Shown: positions 19,154 through 27,881 of the stretch, piece after piece
How positions within the stretch are numbered: position 1 is the first letter of the stretch
Layout: each line of letters opens with the position of its first letter
From: an uncultured Collinsella sp.
GTDB lineage: Bacteria > Actinomycetota > Coriobacteriia > Coriobacteriales > Coriobacteriaceae
DNA length: 64,000 nt
Assembly: GCA_958435945.1 (NCBI GenBank)
Contig: CAUBIC010000010.1
Location: forward strand, 1,967 to 65,966
Reading direction: 5' to 3'
The notes under the pieces: generated by a model
The model's input: the letters and a program-made list of their open reading frames with translations, nothing else
The model's database searches: none
Told to the model about the DNA's origin: nothing
Position numbers and translations under genes: made by a program

Positions 19154-19777
19154 ATGGCAAAGAAACCCGATTCGTTCTACTTTGACAACTACGTCGCCTG
19201 CGCCGACCTTGCTGTCCAGGCCGCAGAGTTGCTCATCAAGATTTTTGAGAACTTTGATCCCGCGCAGATCCACGGCATGCTCGAAGAGATGCATGCGATT
19301 GAGCATGCGGCCGACAAGAAGCACCATGAGCTCGAGGATGCCCTGCTCACTGCCTTTATCACCCCGCTTGAGCGCGAGGATCTGGACCTGATGAGCTGCT
19401 CGCTCGACACCGTGCTTGACCGTATCGAGGGCGTCGTGCAGCGCGTCTACTTCACCAACATCCAGAGCATCCACCCCGATGCCATTGTCATCGCCCACAA
19501 GGTGACCGACGCCTGCCGCGCCATGAAGGACCTTATGGTCGAGCTGCCTAATTACCGCAAGTCCAAGACCCTGCGCGAGCTGGTCATCCAGATCAACACC
19601 ATTGAGTCCGAGGCCGATGAGCTCTACATCAACGCTATGCGCAACCTGCACGTCAATGGCAAGGACCCGCTCGAGGTCATCGCCTGGCGTGACGTCTACG
19701 CTTTCCTGGAGTACTGCGCCGACTGCTGCGAGAATGTGGCTGATGTCGTGGATTCGATTGTCATGAAGAACAGTTAA
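19154..19777 (+). CDS. DUF47 (PhoU-like, TIGR00153) protein, PiT accessory
   Basis: Helical PhoU-like repeats, and the conserved gene pairing immediately downstream of PiT. Confidence 0.85.
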   Translation: MAKKPDSFYFDNYVACADLAVQAAELLIKIFENFDPAQIHGMLEEMHAIEHAADKKHHELEDALLTAFITPLEREDLDLMSCSLDTVLDRIEGVVQRVYFTNIQSIHPDAIVIAHKVTDACRAMKDLMVELPNYRKSKTLRELVIQINTIESEADELYINAMRNLHVNGKDPLEVIAWRDVYAFLEYCADCCENVADVVDSIVMKNS

Positions 19778-19803
19778 TTGGGGGTACGTGTCCCGGCGGT
19801 CGT

Positions 19804-19878
19804 GGGCCCGACCACTAATAACCTTTTTCACTCCGGCTGCAAGCAGAGTCGTTCAAAAGGTTATTAGTGGTCGGGCCC
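19804..19878. repeat. 24-bp perfect inverted repeat (GGGCCCGACCACTAATAACCTTTT / AAAAGGTTATTAGTGGTCGGGCCC) with a 27-nt loop
   Basis: Read directly from the sequence. Lies 26 nt downstream of the DUF47 stop and is probably a terminator or RNA-stabilising hairpin. Confidence 0.6.
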
Positions 19879-20060
19879 GCTCCCTTACGTACCACCATTG
19901 GAAACTTTGGCTGATACTTTGAAAGCGATGGGGCTTTTGTTGGCAGGGCCTTGGGGCCCGATTGGAAACTTTGGGACCGCCTTAAACGTTTGGCTGGATG
20001 GGGCTTTGGGTACCCTTTGTTTTACTTTGGATTGATTTGCTGACTTTGGAAGGTTTGGTT

Positions 20061-20591
20061 ATGGGGTATTTGGATCTGGCTCGGTCTCGGTATTCTTGTC
20101 GTTTGTTTGAGGCTCGGGCTGTGGAGCAGGCTGTGGTGGATGCCATTGTTGAGGCTGGGCGTATTGCTCCTTCTGCTTGTAATAATCATCCAACCCGTGT
20201 GATGGTGTTGGATACGCCCGAGCTTTTGGAGAAGGCGGCTGCTTGTCAGCCTCGGTTTGCTCGTGATGGGTCCATCTTTGGCGCTCCGCTCATCTTCCTC
20301 ATTTGCAGCGTTACCGACGACGCTTGGGTTCGCCCCTATGACCAGATGAACTCCAGCGCTATCGACACCTCGATTGTTTGCGATCAAATGATGATGGAGG
20401 CCGAGGAGCAGGGTCTGGGAACGTGTTGGGTATGCCATTTTAAGCCCGAGCTAGCCCGAGAGCGGTTCAACCTGCCCGAGGGCGTCTATCCCTATCACAT
20501 GCTCGTCTGCGGCTATCCTGCCGACCACATCGCCGATCCCGAGCATCGCGATGCCCGCACCATTCCCCTCTCCGACTTCCTCCTCAAGTAG
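20061..20591 (+). CDS. nitroreductase family protein
   Basis: RYSCRLF...IVEAGRIAPSACNNHP is the nitroreductase N-terminal motif. Start at the ATG at 20061 (M22 of the track ORF). Confidence 0.85.
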   Translation: MGYLDLARSRYSCRLFEARAVEQAVVDAIVEAGRIAPSACNNHPTRVMVLDTPELLEKAAACQPRFARDGSIFGAPLIFLICSVTDDAWVRPYDQMNSSAIDTSIVCDQMMMEAEEQGLGTCWVCHFKPELARERFNLPEGVYPYHMLVCGYPADHIADPEHRDARTIPLSDFLLK

Positions 20592-20636
20592 TTTTTGGCA
20601 CATGCCCTAAAATCTACCTTTTACCGCGCACCCTTT

Positions 20637-20681
20637 CGCCGAGTTCTGCCCTATCGTACGCAGAGCTCGGCGTTTTGTTTC
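20637..20681 (+). terminator. rho-independent terminator of the nitroreductase gene
   Basis: CGCCGAGTTCTG / CAGAGCTCGGCG stem followed by TTTTGTTT. Confidence 0.6.
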
Positions 20682-20698
20682 CCAACCCGTATGCAGCC

Positions 20699-20729
20699 AC
20701 AAAAAAGGAGCCCGCAGGTGCGAGCTCCT
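20699..20729 (-). terminator. rho-independent terminator of divIVA
   Basis: GGAGCTCGCACCTGCGGGCTCC stem followed by TTTTTTGTGG on the minus strand. Confidence 0.7.
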
Positions 20730-20758
20730 CTTAAGGGCACTAGATTGTAGCTCTGGCG

Positions 20759-21436
20759 CTAGTCCAGGTCGTCGGCGGCAAAGTTGTCGATCGGGGCGAA
20801 GGGGTCAGCCACGGGGACAACCGGATCAGCGACAGGCAGCGGCTCGGCGGCGGGAACGGTCACTGCAGGAGAAGCCGCAGAACCGACCGGCGTGGAGGCC
20901 ATAAGGTCGGACGGGAAGGAATTCTGCGCATCGTCCATGAAGTGCTGGATGAGCTTGAGGTACTCGGCTTTGAACTCCTCACGGGAAGCCTTCAGACGGT
21001 CGATCTCCTCGAGCTCGGCCTGCTTCTCGGTCAGGGCCTGACGGATGACCTCGCGGGCCTTGGCGTCGGCTTCGTTGCGGATGCGCTCAGCGTTCTCGTT
21101 GGCATCGTTGACGATGCCCTCGGCGGTCTGCTGGGCAGCAATCAGCGCAGCGGAGATCTGGCGCTCCTGAGCGGAGAAGTCGGGTGCGGGAGCGGCCACA
21201 GGAGCGGCGGGAACGGCCTGAGCGGCAGCGTCCTGAGCCTGGGCAAGCTGGGCCTGCGTGTCGGCAAGCTGCTGCTCGGTGGCAGTCAGACGACCCTTAA
21301 GATCGACAATCTTGGCAAGCATAGCGTCAACCTCGGAGGACAGCGTCTCCAAAAAGACGTCGACCTCGGCGGGATCATAGCCGCGCTTGGCCTCAGAGAA
21401 AGTCTGAGCCTGGATGTCAGCAGGGGTAATAGCCAT
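20759..21436 (-). CDS. divIVA: DivIVA domain-containing cell-division/polarity protein
   Basis: MAITPADIQAQTFSEAKRGYDPAEVDVFL is the canonical DivIVA N-terminus, followed by a coiled-coil. RBS is AAGGAGA. Confidence 0.9.
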   Translation of the reverse strand: MAITPADIQAQTFSEAKRGYDPAEVDVFLETLSSEVDAMLAKIVDLKGRLTATEQQLADTQAQLAQAQDAAAQAVPAAPVAAPAPDFSAQERQISAALIAAQQTAEGIVNDANENAERIRNEADAKAREVIRQALTEKQAELEEIDRLKASREEFKAEYLKLIQHFMDDAQNSFPSDLMASTPVGSAASPAVTVPAAEPLPVADPVVPVADPFAPIDNFAADDLD

Positions 21437-21498
21437 AACAAGTTCTCCTTTATCATCGCCTTGGCGCCGGGCGCCCGACGTAAGTTACTGAGCCAGTA

Positions 21499-21717
21499 CT
21501 ATACGAGTATACCTATAAGAAGCTGCAGAATCAGCCTCTGCACCAACTGCAACGCAATAATCGCAACGACCGGCGAAAAATCAACGCCGCCCATCGGCGG
21601 AATAAACCGACGAAACAGGTTGAGCCACGGACCGCAGACGCTATCGAGCACCGCGGCGATATCCTGCAGCAGGCCGCCCTGCTTCATGGGAATCCAAGTC
21701 ATAAAGCAATAGACCAC
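21499..21717 (-). CDS. yggT: YggT family membrane protein (the annotated GTG start is probably too short; see finding)
   Basis: TWIP...FRRFIPPMGGVDFSPVVAIIAL are YggT motifs. The ORF stays open in-frame up to the sepF stop codon at 21802-21804 and encodes the expected first TM helix there. Confidence 0.8.
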   Translation of the reverse strand: MVYCFMTWIPMKQGGLLQDIAAVLDSVCGPWLNLFRRFIPPMGGVDFSPVVAIIALQLVQRLILQLLIGILV

Positions 21718-21801
21718 AATAAGTGTGGAGTAGAAGTTGAACAGCGTGTTGACCAGCTGGACAATGGTGTAGATGTTGATGAGAATCTCCTCGTCTTGGG
21801 T

Positions 21802-22527
21802 TTACTTAAGGTAGCCGTCGGCGCGCAGCTTCTTGAGGTCCGAATCCTTGACCTCGCAGCCGGCGGGCAGCACCATAAACACGCGATCGCCCACCTCTTT
21901 GACCGTAGCGCCCAGGCCGCAGGCAAAGCCATAGCTAAAGTCCAGGACACGCTTGGCGACCTCGGTGCGAACGCCAACAAAAATCAGCGCAACGGGCTGC
22001 TTGGTGCGCACGCGGCGGACAACGGTCTCGACATCGTCATAGCTCTCAGGGCGCAGGACATAGGCAGGCAGCTGCGGCGTGGCGTTAATGATGTTGTTTG
22101 CATAGGCCGAGGCGTCGCTCGGCGCAGAAGCGGGCGCAGGTGCCGCGGCACGAGCGCGGGCGCTCTCGGCATAACTCGACGGCGTGTCGTAAGCGCCGGG
22201 GCGATAGCCGCCTGCGGCACTATCCTGAGAACGCGACGGCGGATTGTACGTCGTTGCATGACGCGAGTCATCGCCGACCAGCTGGCCGGAGCGCGTATAC
22301 ACGGCGACCGACTCGGCCTCACCGCGGCGCGTTTGGCCCAGCAGGCCGTTACTCGGCTCGTCCTGGGTATAGAAGCCCTCGCCCGAGGTACCGCTGTAGC
22401 CGTTGTTCTGATAGCCATCATCGTAGCCGTCATCGTAGCCGTAGTCGTCATCCTGGTCATAGCTCTGGTCGTAACCCTGCTGGCCGCCCAGGTGCATCTT
22501 ATTTTTAATCTCGTCAAGGAAGCCCAT
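21802..22527 (-). CDS. sepF: cell division protein SepF
   Basis: The C-terminal domain VLRPESYDDVETVVRRVRTKQPVALIF...MVLPAGCEV is SepF. The N-terminal MGFLDEIKN membrane helix is followed by a long Gly/Tyr/Asp-rich linker. Confidence 0.9.
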   Translation of the reverse strand: MGFLDEIKNKMHLGGQQGYDQSYDQDDDYGYDDGYDDGYQNNGYSGTSGEGFYTQDEPSNGLLGQTRRGEAESVAVYTRSGQLVGDDSRHATTYNPPSRSQDSAAGGYRPGAYDTPSSYAESARARAAAPAPASAPSDASAYANNIINATPQLPAYVLRPESYDDVETVVRRVRTKQPVALIFVGVRTEVAKRVLDFSYGFACGLGATVKEVGDRVFMVLPAGCEVKDSDLKKLRADGYLK

Positions 22528-22587
22528 GGTTGTGTCCTCTCACGGTTTAGTGCAGGCGCTCTGTAAACCAGTGCGCACTTCAGAGCC

Positions 22588-23325
22588 CTATTTTACTGCA
22601 AACTCCGGGCTAAATACTACCCTGCCCAGGCGAACGAGCGTAGAGCCCTCCTCAAGGGCAGGCTCAAAGTCCTCGCTCATGCCGCAAGAAAGCTCGGGCA
22701 GCCTCAGATCGGGATGCGCCGCCTCCAACTCATCCCTCAGCTCTCGCAGCCCGGCAAAGGTGCGACGCGCCACATCCTTGTTCCCCCGAGGGGCCATAGT
22801 CATAAGGCCCTGCACACAAATTCCCTCAAGTTCCGCAAGCTCGCCGGCAGCGCCACGAATCTCATCGGGCGAAAAACCGCCCTTGGACTCCTCGCCGCTT
22901 ACGTTAACCTCGATCAGCACCTGCTGGGGGGCGGCGAGCTCGCCAGCTTCGATCTTGCGAATGGCACGGCTCGAGATCGCCTGCGCCAAATGAAGCGACC
23001 CCACCGAATGAATCAGCTCGGCCGAGCCCAACACCGCGTTGATCTTGTTGGTCTGAAGGTTGCCAATCATGTCGAAGCGCACCTCGGGCAGCTCCGGATG
23101 ATCCGCCAGACCTGCAAGTTTGCGGACGAGCTCTTGCGGGCGGTTCTCGGCAAAATGGCGATATCCCACCTGGATGGCCGCGATGGTCTCATCGACGCCG
23201 ACGGTCTTGGACACGGCAATCAAACGCGCGGCATCACGGGGCCTCCCGGCGCGATCGAGCGCGGCATAGAAACGCTCGAGTATCTGCTCGCGGCGAGCGC
23301 GCATTACATTCAAATAGTTATCCAT
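22588..23325 (-). CDS. yggS: YggS-family PLP homeostasis protein
   Basis: LIAVSKT (PLP lysine) and HFAENRPQE motifs. The ATG at 23323-23325 has better SD spacing than the TTG at 23331. Confidence 0.9.
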   Translation of the reverse strand: MDNYLNVMRARREQILERFYAALDRAGRPRDAARLIAVSKTVGVDETIAAIQVGYRHFAENRPQELVRKLAGLADHPELPEVRFDMIGNLQTNKINAVLGSAELIHSVGSLHLAQAISSRAIRKIEAGELAAPQQVLIEVNVSGEESKGGFSPDEIRGAAGELAELEGICVQGLMTMAPRGNKDVARRTFAGLRELRDELEAAHPDLRLPELSCGMSEDFEPALEEGSTLVRLGRVVFSPEFAVK

Positions 23326-23444
23326 TGCCAATCGCCTCCGCTAACAGCACAACAAGTAGTCCCATGCTAACGCAAGAGCGCAGCCCCGCATCCGCAAGGC
23401 CGCGCTCCCTTAGGTATTTACAATCTCTCAACGAACGGGGTACC

Positions 23445-24302
23445 CTACTCCTCGTCGTCCTCGGCATCATCCTCGTCCTCAAGATGATCCAACAGGTAGC
23501 GAAGACCCTCGCTCACCTCGTTAGCGGGCACCTTGGCAACAAAGCGTGCATCCACGGCGGGCCTCATAATGACGCCCTCGCCCGAAGGCACGCGCATGCT
23601 CTCGAGCTCGTCCTCATCCGTACAGGCGATATCGCCGGCAGTCATACGCTGTCCGGTCAAAAGGAAGGTCAGACGGCAGGCGGCATCGATGGAAATCGAG
23701 GCAATGCGATCGAGGTAGCGCGAAACCATGATGGCACGGCGCAGGTCGTCATAGTTGCTGTCGTCGTCCATAAAATCGCCGGTGTCCATGCGGTTAAAGG
23801 TACGGAAGAACTTCTCGTACGCCGCATGTACCGGCTCATCCTCAACGGCCAGGTTGCAGATGATGGACATGTCGTTGGTGACGAGCGCGGACAGCGACGA
23901 GCCCAGCACCTGGTACACGGCCTCGGCCTCGGCCTCAACCGTGCCGACGAGCTCCTGAGGCAGCGAGATGTCGGCCTTGACCATGTGACGCGTGGCGCGG
24001 CAGATCTGGCGAACCTTATCGGTCATGCGCTGCAGGTTAAAGTCGACGTAGATAATCGTCTGCAGCAAACGGAAGTCGGAGGCGACCGGCGACTGCGTAG
24101 CGATCAGGTTGTAGCACACGGCCTCCAAGTTGGCGCAGCGAGCATCAATCGAAAGCGTGCGCTTCTTGGTCTTCGTGGCGAGCTTGCGGTCGTCGGTCAC
24201 ATAGGCCTTCACGGCGTCGTGAAGGGCAAGATCGACGGCCTCGTAGATGCTCAACATCTCGTGACGGGCCTCGATGAGCTGACGGGAAAACAGTTTGCGC
24301 AT
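23445..24302 (-). CDS. phoU: phosphate signalling complex protein PhoU with ~60-aa acidic C-terminal extension
   Basis: Two PhoU repeats (LATQSPVASDFR-type motif) and a position directly downstream of pstB. Confidence 0.85.
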   Translation of the reverse strand: MRKLFSRQLIEARHEMLSIYEAVDLALHDAVKAYVTDDRKLATKTKKRTLSIDARCANLEAVCYNLIATQSPVASDFRLLQTIIYVDFNLQRMTDKVRQICRATRHMVKADISLPQELVGTVEAEAEAVYQVLGSSLSALVTNDMSIICNLAVEDEPVHAAYEKFFRTFNRMDTGDFMDDDSNYDDLRRAIMVSRYLDRIASISIDAACRLTFLLTGQRMTAGDIACTDEDELESMRVPSGEGVIMRPAVDARFVAKVPANEVSEGLRYLLDHLEDEDDAEDDEE

Positions 24303-24394
24303 GGTTCACTCCAATCAGTTGGGTGCGGTCATGCCGCCCGCACAGTGAATACGCACCGGACCAGGTCCGATCGGCTTGGGACTAGTCGCACCGA

Positions 24395-25198
24395 TCAGCC
24401 AAAGCGGCCGGTGATATAGTCTTCCGTCCGCGAATCCACCGGGCTGGTGAAGATCGCGTCGGTTTGACCATACTCGATGAGCGTGGCGGGCTCACCGGCA
24501 ACTTCCTGCAAGAAAAATGCGGTGTAGTCGCTAATGCGAGCGGCCTGCTGCATAGAATGCGTGACGATGATGATCGTCATCTCGGGCGCCAGCTCGGCCA
24601 TCAGATCCTCGACCTTAGATACGGACGTGGGGTCGATGGCGGAGCAGGGCTCGTCCATCAGAAGGACATCGGGCTGCACCGCAAGCACACGCGCGATGCA
24701 CAGACGCTGCTGTTGACCGCCCGAGAGCGCCAAACCATCCTTGTTGAGCTGATTGGATACCTCTTTCCAGAGGTTGGCGCGCTTGAGCGATTCTTCCACG
24801 ATGTCGTCGAGGTCGCTTTTGCTAGTCACGCCCTGCAGACGAGGGCCAAAAGCGACATTCTCGTAGATGGATTTGGGAAACGGGTTGGGCTGCTGAAAAA
24901 TCATGCCCACGCGGCGACGAAGGTCGACCGGGTCGACGCCCTCGGCATAGATATCGTTGCCGTCGAGTGTCATGGTGCCCTCGACGCGAGTACCCTCGAT
25001 AAGGTCGTTCATACGGTTGATGCAGCGCAAAAACGTCGATTTACCACAGCCCGAAGGACCGATAAACGAGGTGATGGCGTTTTTGGCGATGTTGAGGTCG
25101 AGCCCCGTCAGCGCATGAAAGTCACCGTACCAAAAGTTGAAATCCTTGGCTGTGATGGCCGCTTGCTCCGGCGTGGGAGCGGACTGATAGACGGACAT
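24395..25198 (-). CDS. pstB: phosphate ABC transporter ATP-binding protein
   Basis: Walker [10 protein letters not shown], the [13 protein letters not shown] signature, and the PstB-specific N-terminus. Confidence 0.95.
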   Translation of the reverse strand: MSVYQSAPTPEQAAITAKDFNFWYGDFHALTGLDLNIAKNAITSFIGPSGCGKSTFLRCINRMNDLIEGTRVEGTMTLDGNDIYAEGVDPVDLRRRVGMIFQQPNPFPKSIYENVAFGPRLQGVTSKSDLDDIVEESLKRANLWKEVSNQLNKDGLALSGGQQQRLCIARVLAVQPDVLLMDEPCSAIDPTSVSKVEDLMAELAPEMTIIIVTHSMQQAARISDYTAFFLQEVAGEPATLIEYGQTDAIFTSPVDSRTEDYITGRFG

Positions 25199-25210
25199 GG
25201 GACTCCTTAA

Positions 25211-26116
25211 CTAGCGGCGCTTGCGCGACAGATAACGCGCAAACAGGTTGAAGGCCAGAATAATCGCCATCAGCAAAAGCGCAGTGCCGTAGGCTGCGTT
25301 CATGTTGATGCCGTCGTTGGCAAGCAAATAGAGGTGAACGGTCATGGGACGACCGGAATCGAGCGGCGAGATCGGCAGATTGATGGCCTGACCCATGGTG
25401 TAGAGCACCACCGCGGTCTCGCCGATGGCGCGACCGATGGCAAGGACGATGCCGGTGGCAATGCGGCCAAAGGCAGAAGGAAGCACGATCTTGGAGACGA
25501 CCTGCCACTTGGTGGCGCCCAGGCCATATGCGCCCCAACGGATATAGCGCGGAACGGCGCGAATTGCCTCCTCGGTGGTGCGCATGACGATGGGCAGCAT
25601 CAGAAGCGCCAGCGCCAGAGCGGCCGAAACCATCGAAAGGCCCAGGCCCATGGCCTCAACAAACAAGGCGTAACCAAAGAGGCCCATAACGATGGAAGGC
25701 ACCGAGGCCAGGGCATCGGCAGCATAGCGAATGATGTCGACGACCTTGCCCTGCTTGGCGTATTCGGCCAGATAGACCGCAGCCAAGACGGCAACCGGCG
25801 TGCAGATGAGCATGGCGAGCGCCGTCACGTAGATGGTCGAGACGATCGTGGGCCAGATGCCACCCTCGGCGTTTACGCCCTGCGGCCAGCCGAAGATAAA
25901 GTCGAGCGAGATATGCGGAAGACCGTTGATGACCACGTAGGCGATGATGGCAAGCAACACCAGGGTGGTGATATAGGCCGCGGCGCGAAACACGCCGAGC
26001 ATAATCTTGTTGGACAGGTCCTTGTTGATGCGGCCCTTCTTGCCATGGGAAAGGGCACGCTTGATGAGCTCGCGCGACGATGTCGTATCGACCGTCGTGT
26101 CAACGGAATCGGACAT
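25211..26116 (-). CDS. pstA: phosphate ABC transporter permease PstA
   Basis: Permease with an EAA-like loop, in the order pstC-pstA-pstB. Confidence 0.95.
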   Translation of the reverse strand: MSDSVDTTVDTTSSRELIKRALSHGKKGRINKDLSNKIMLGVFRAAAYITTLVLLAIIAYVVINGLPHISLDFIFGWPQGVNAEGGIWPTIVSTIYVTALAMLICTPVAVLAAVYLAEYAKQGKVVDIIRYAADALASVPSIVMGLFGYALFVEAMGLGLSMVSAALALALLMLPIVMRTTEEAIRAVPRYIRWGAYGLGATKWQVVSKIVLPSAFGRIATGIVLAIGRAIGETAVVLYTMGQAINLPISPLDSGRPMTVHLYLLANDGINMNAAYGTALLLMAIILAFNLFARYLSRKRR

Positions 26117-26119
26117 AGC

Positions 26120-27052
26120 CTACCCCCTCTTCTTTGAAATCAGGCGAACGATACCCACCAGTGCAGCTGAGATGATAAACAGGACCACGCCCATGCCAAA
26201 CAGAGCCGAGCGATGCAGGCCCGAGGAATAGCTCATGTCGAGTGCGATCTGGCTCGTGAGCGTCGAGATGGGGCTCGAGATGCTATCTGGAATGACCGGG
26301 GCGTTGCCCACGACCATCAGCACGGCCATGGTCTCACCGATGGCACGCCCCATACCCAAGACAATTGCATCGACAATGCCCAGCTTGGCTGCAGGCAGCA
26401 CGACCTTGTAGATGGTCTGCCACTTGGTGGCACCCATGGCATAGGACGCCTCGCGAATGCCCATGGGGATGGAATTGAGGGCATCGATCGTGAGCGTGGT
26501 AATGGTGGGAACGATCATGATGGCAAGCACAAACCACGCCGTCAGCGCGCCAAAGCCAAGACCGCCGGTCAGCTGCGCGATAAACGGGCGGATGATGACC
26601 ATGCCAAAGAAGCCGTAGATGATGGAGGGGATGCCCGCCAGCAGGTCGACGGCGGGGCTGATGAGCCTGCGCACGCGCTTGCTGGCGATCTCGACCAGAT
26701 ATACAGCCGTGCCCACACCCAGGGGCACGCCCATGGCGAGCGCACCGACCGTCACCAGACCAGAGCCCGCCAGCAGCGACATGATGCCGTAGTGGCCCTC
26801 GGATGGCGCCCACGTAAAGCTAAAGAAGTCCGCCAGGCCGATGTCGGTAAAGACGGGCAGCGCCGAGTACGTGGTAAAGACAAAGATCAGGATAACGGTG
26901 ACGACCGCCAAGAACGCGCAGGCAAAGAAGATCCACTGCAGCGCCTTCTCCTTGAGATAGGTGCTACGCGACACCAACGCCAACTCACGCTTTTTGGGCG
27001 TCTGAGCCTCCTGCTCAATCTGGGGGGTTTCCTGTGCTTCCACGCTACTCAC
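26120..27052 (-). CDS. pstC: phosphate ABC transporter permease PstC
   Basis: The GTG start overlaps the pstS stop by 8 nt. The permease motif ASYAMGATKWQT is present. Confidence 0.95.
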   Translation of the reverse strand: MSSVEAQETPQIEQEAQTPKKRELALVSRSTYLKEKALQWIFFACAFLAVVTVILIFVFTTYSALPVFTDIGLADFFSFTWAPSEGHYGIMSLLAGSGLVTVGALAMGVPLGVGTAVYLVEIASKRVRRLISPAVDLLAGIPSIIYGFFGMVIIRPFIAQLTGGLGFGALTAWFVLAIMIVPTITTLTIDALNSIPMGIREASYAMGATKWQTIYKVVLPAAKLGIVDAIVLGMGRAIGETMAVLMVVGNAPVIPDSISSPISTLTSQIALDMSYSSGLHRSALFGMGVVLFIISAALVGIVRLISKKRG

Positions 27053-27881
27053 TCCCCTTTCCGTCGTTGGTGACGGGAATAAAGCCCGCCTCGCGAATCT
27101 GCTTGTCCATCTTCTCGGACGTCACATAGTCAATGTAGTCCTGCGCCTGATGCGAAGGCGTACCCTTCACAAAGAAGTAAAGGTCGCGCGAGATGGGATA
27201 GCCGCCACTTGCGACCGTCTTCTCGGATGCCTCGACATGGTTGACCGAAACGGCCTTAACCGAGGTCGTGGCGTTGAGGCTCTCGACAAAACCCAGCGAG
27301 ATGTAGCCAATGGCGCCATGCGAGCGGGACACGACGTCGCGCACTTGGCCCGTACCCGAAAGAACGGCCGAGCGGCGATCGAACGGCGTGCCGTCCATCA
27401 CGATGGTACGGAAGGCCTCGCGCGTACCGGACGCCTCATCGCGGTTGATAACCTGAATCTTCAGGTCCTCTCCGCCGACTTCCTTCCAGTTGGTGATCTT
27501 GCCGGCGTAAATCTCGCGGAGCTGCTCGGTCGAGAGATTGTCGACCGGGTTGTCGTCGTTCACGATGACTGCGATGCCGTCGTGCGCGATTACGATCGGG
27601 GTCAGGCCAAGGTCTTGTTCGTCGGCATTGAGGCCACGAGACGAGCTGGCGATGTCGGCCGTGCCGTTGCTGACGGCCTCGATACCCGCAGAGGAGCCAA
27701 GGCCGGAGACGAGCACATCGGTGCCGGCCTCTTCCTTAAAGCCCTCGGCTGCGATCTCGGCAATGGGAAGGCACGTGGTCGAGCCGGCCACGGTAATAGA
27801 AGATGTGGAAGATCCCGAGGAGCAAGCACACAGCGTGAGCGTAAGCACTGCAGCACTCAGGACCGATGCGATCTTTCTCAT
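27045..27881 (-). CDS. pstS: phosphate ABC transporter substrate-binding lipoprotein PstS
   Basis: Track ORF trimmed to MRKIASVLSAAVLTLTLCACSS (signal peptide with lipobox). PBP-like domain containing GSSAG. Confidence 0.9.
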   Translation of the reverse strand: MRKIASVLSAAVLTLTLCACSSGSSTSSITVAGSTTCLPIAEIAAEGFKEEAGTDVLVSGLGSSAGIEAVSNGTADIASSSRGLNADEQDLGLTPIVIAHDGIAVIVNDDNPVDNLSTEQLREIYAGKITNWKEVGGEDLKIQVINRDEASGTREAFRTIVMDGTPFDRRSAVLSGTGQVRDVVSRSHGAIGYISLGFVESLNATTSVKAVSVNHVEASEKTVASGGYPISRDLYFFVKGTPSHQAQDYIDYVTSEKMDKQIREAGFIPVTNDGKGSE

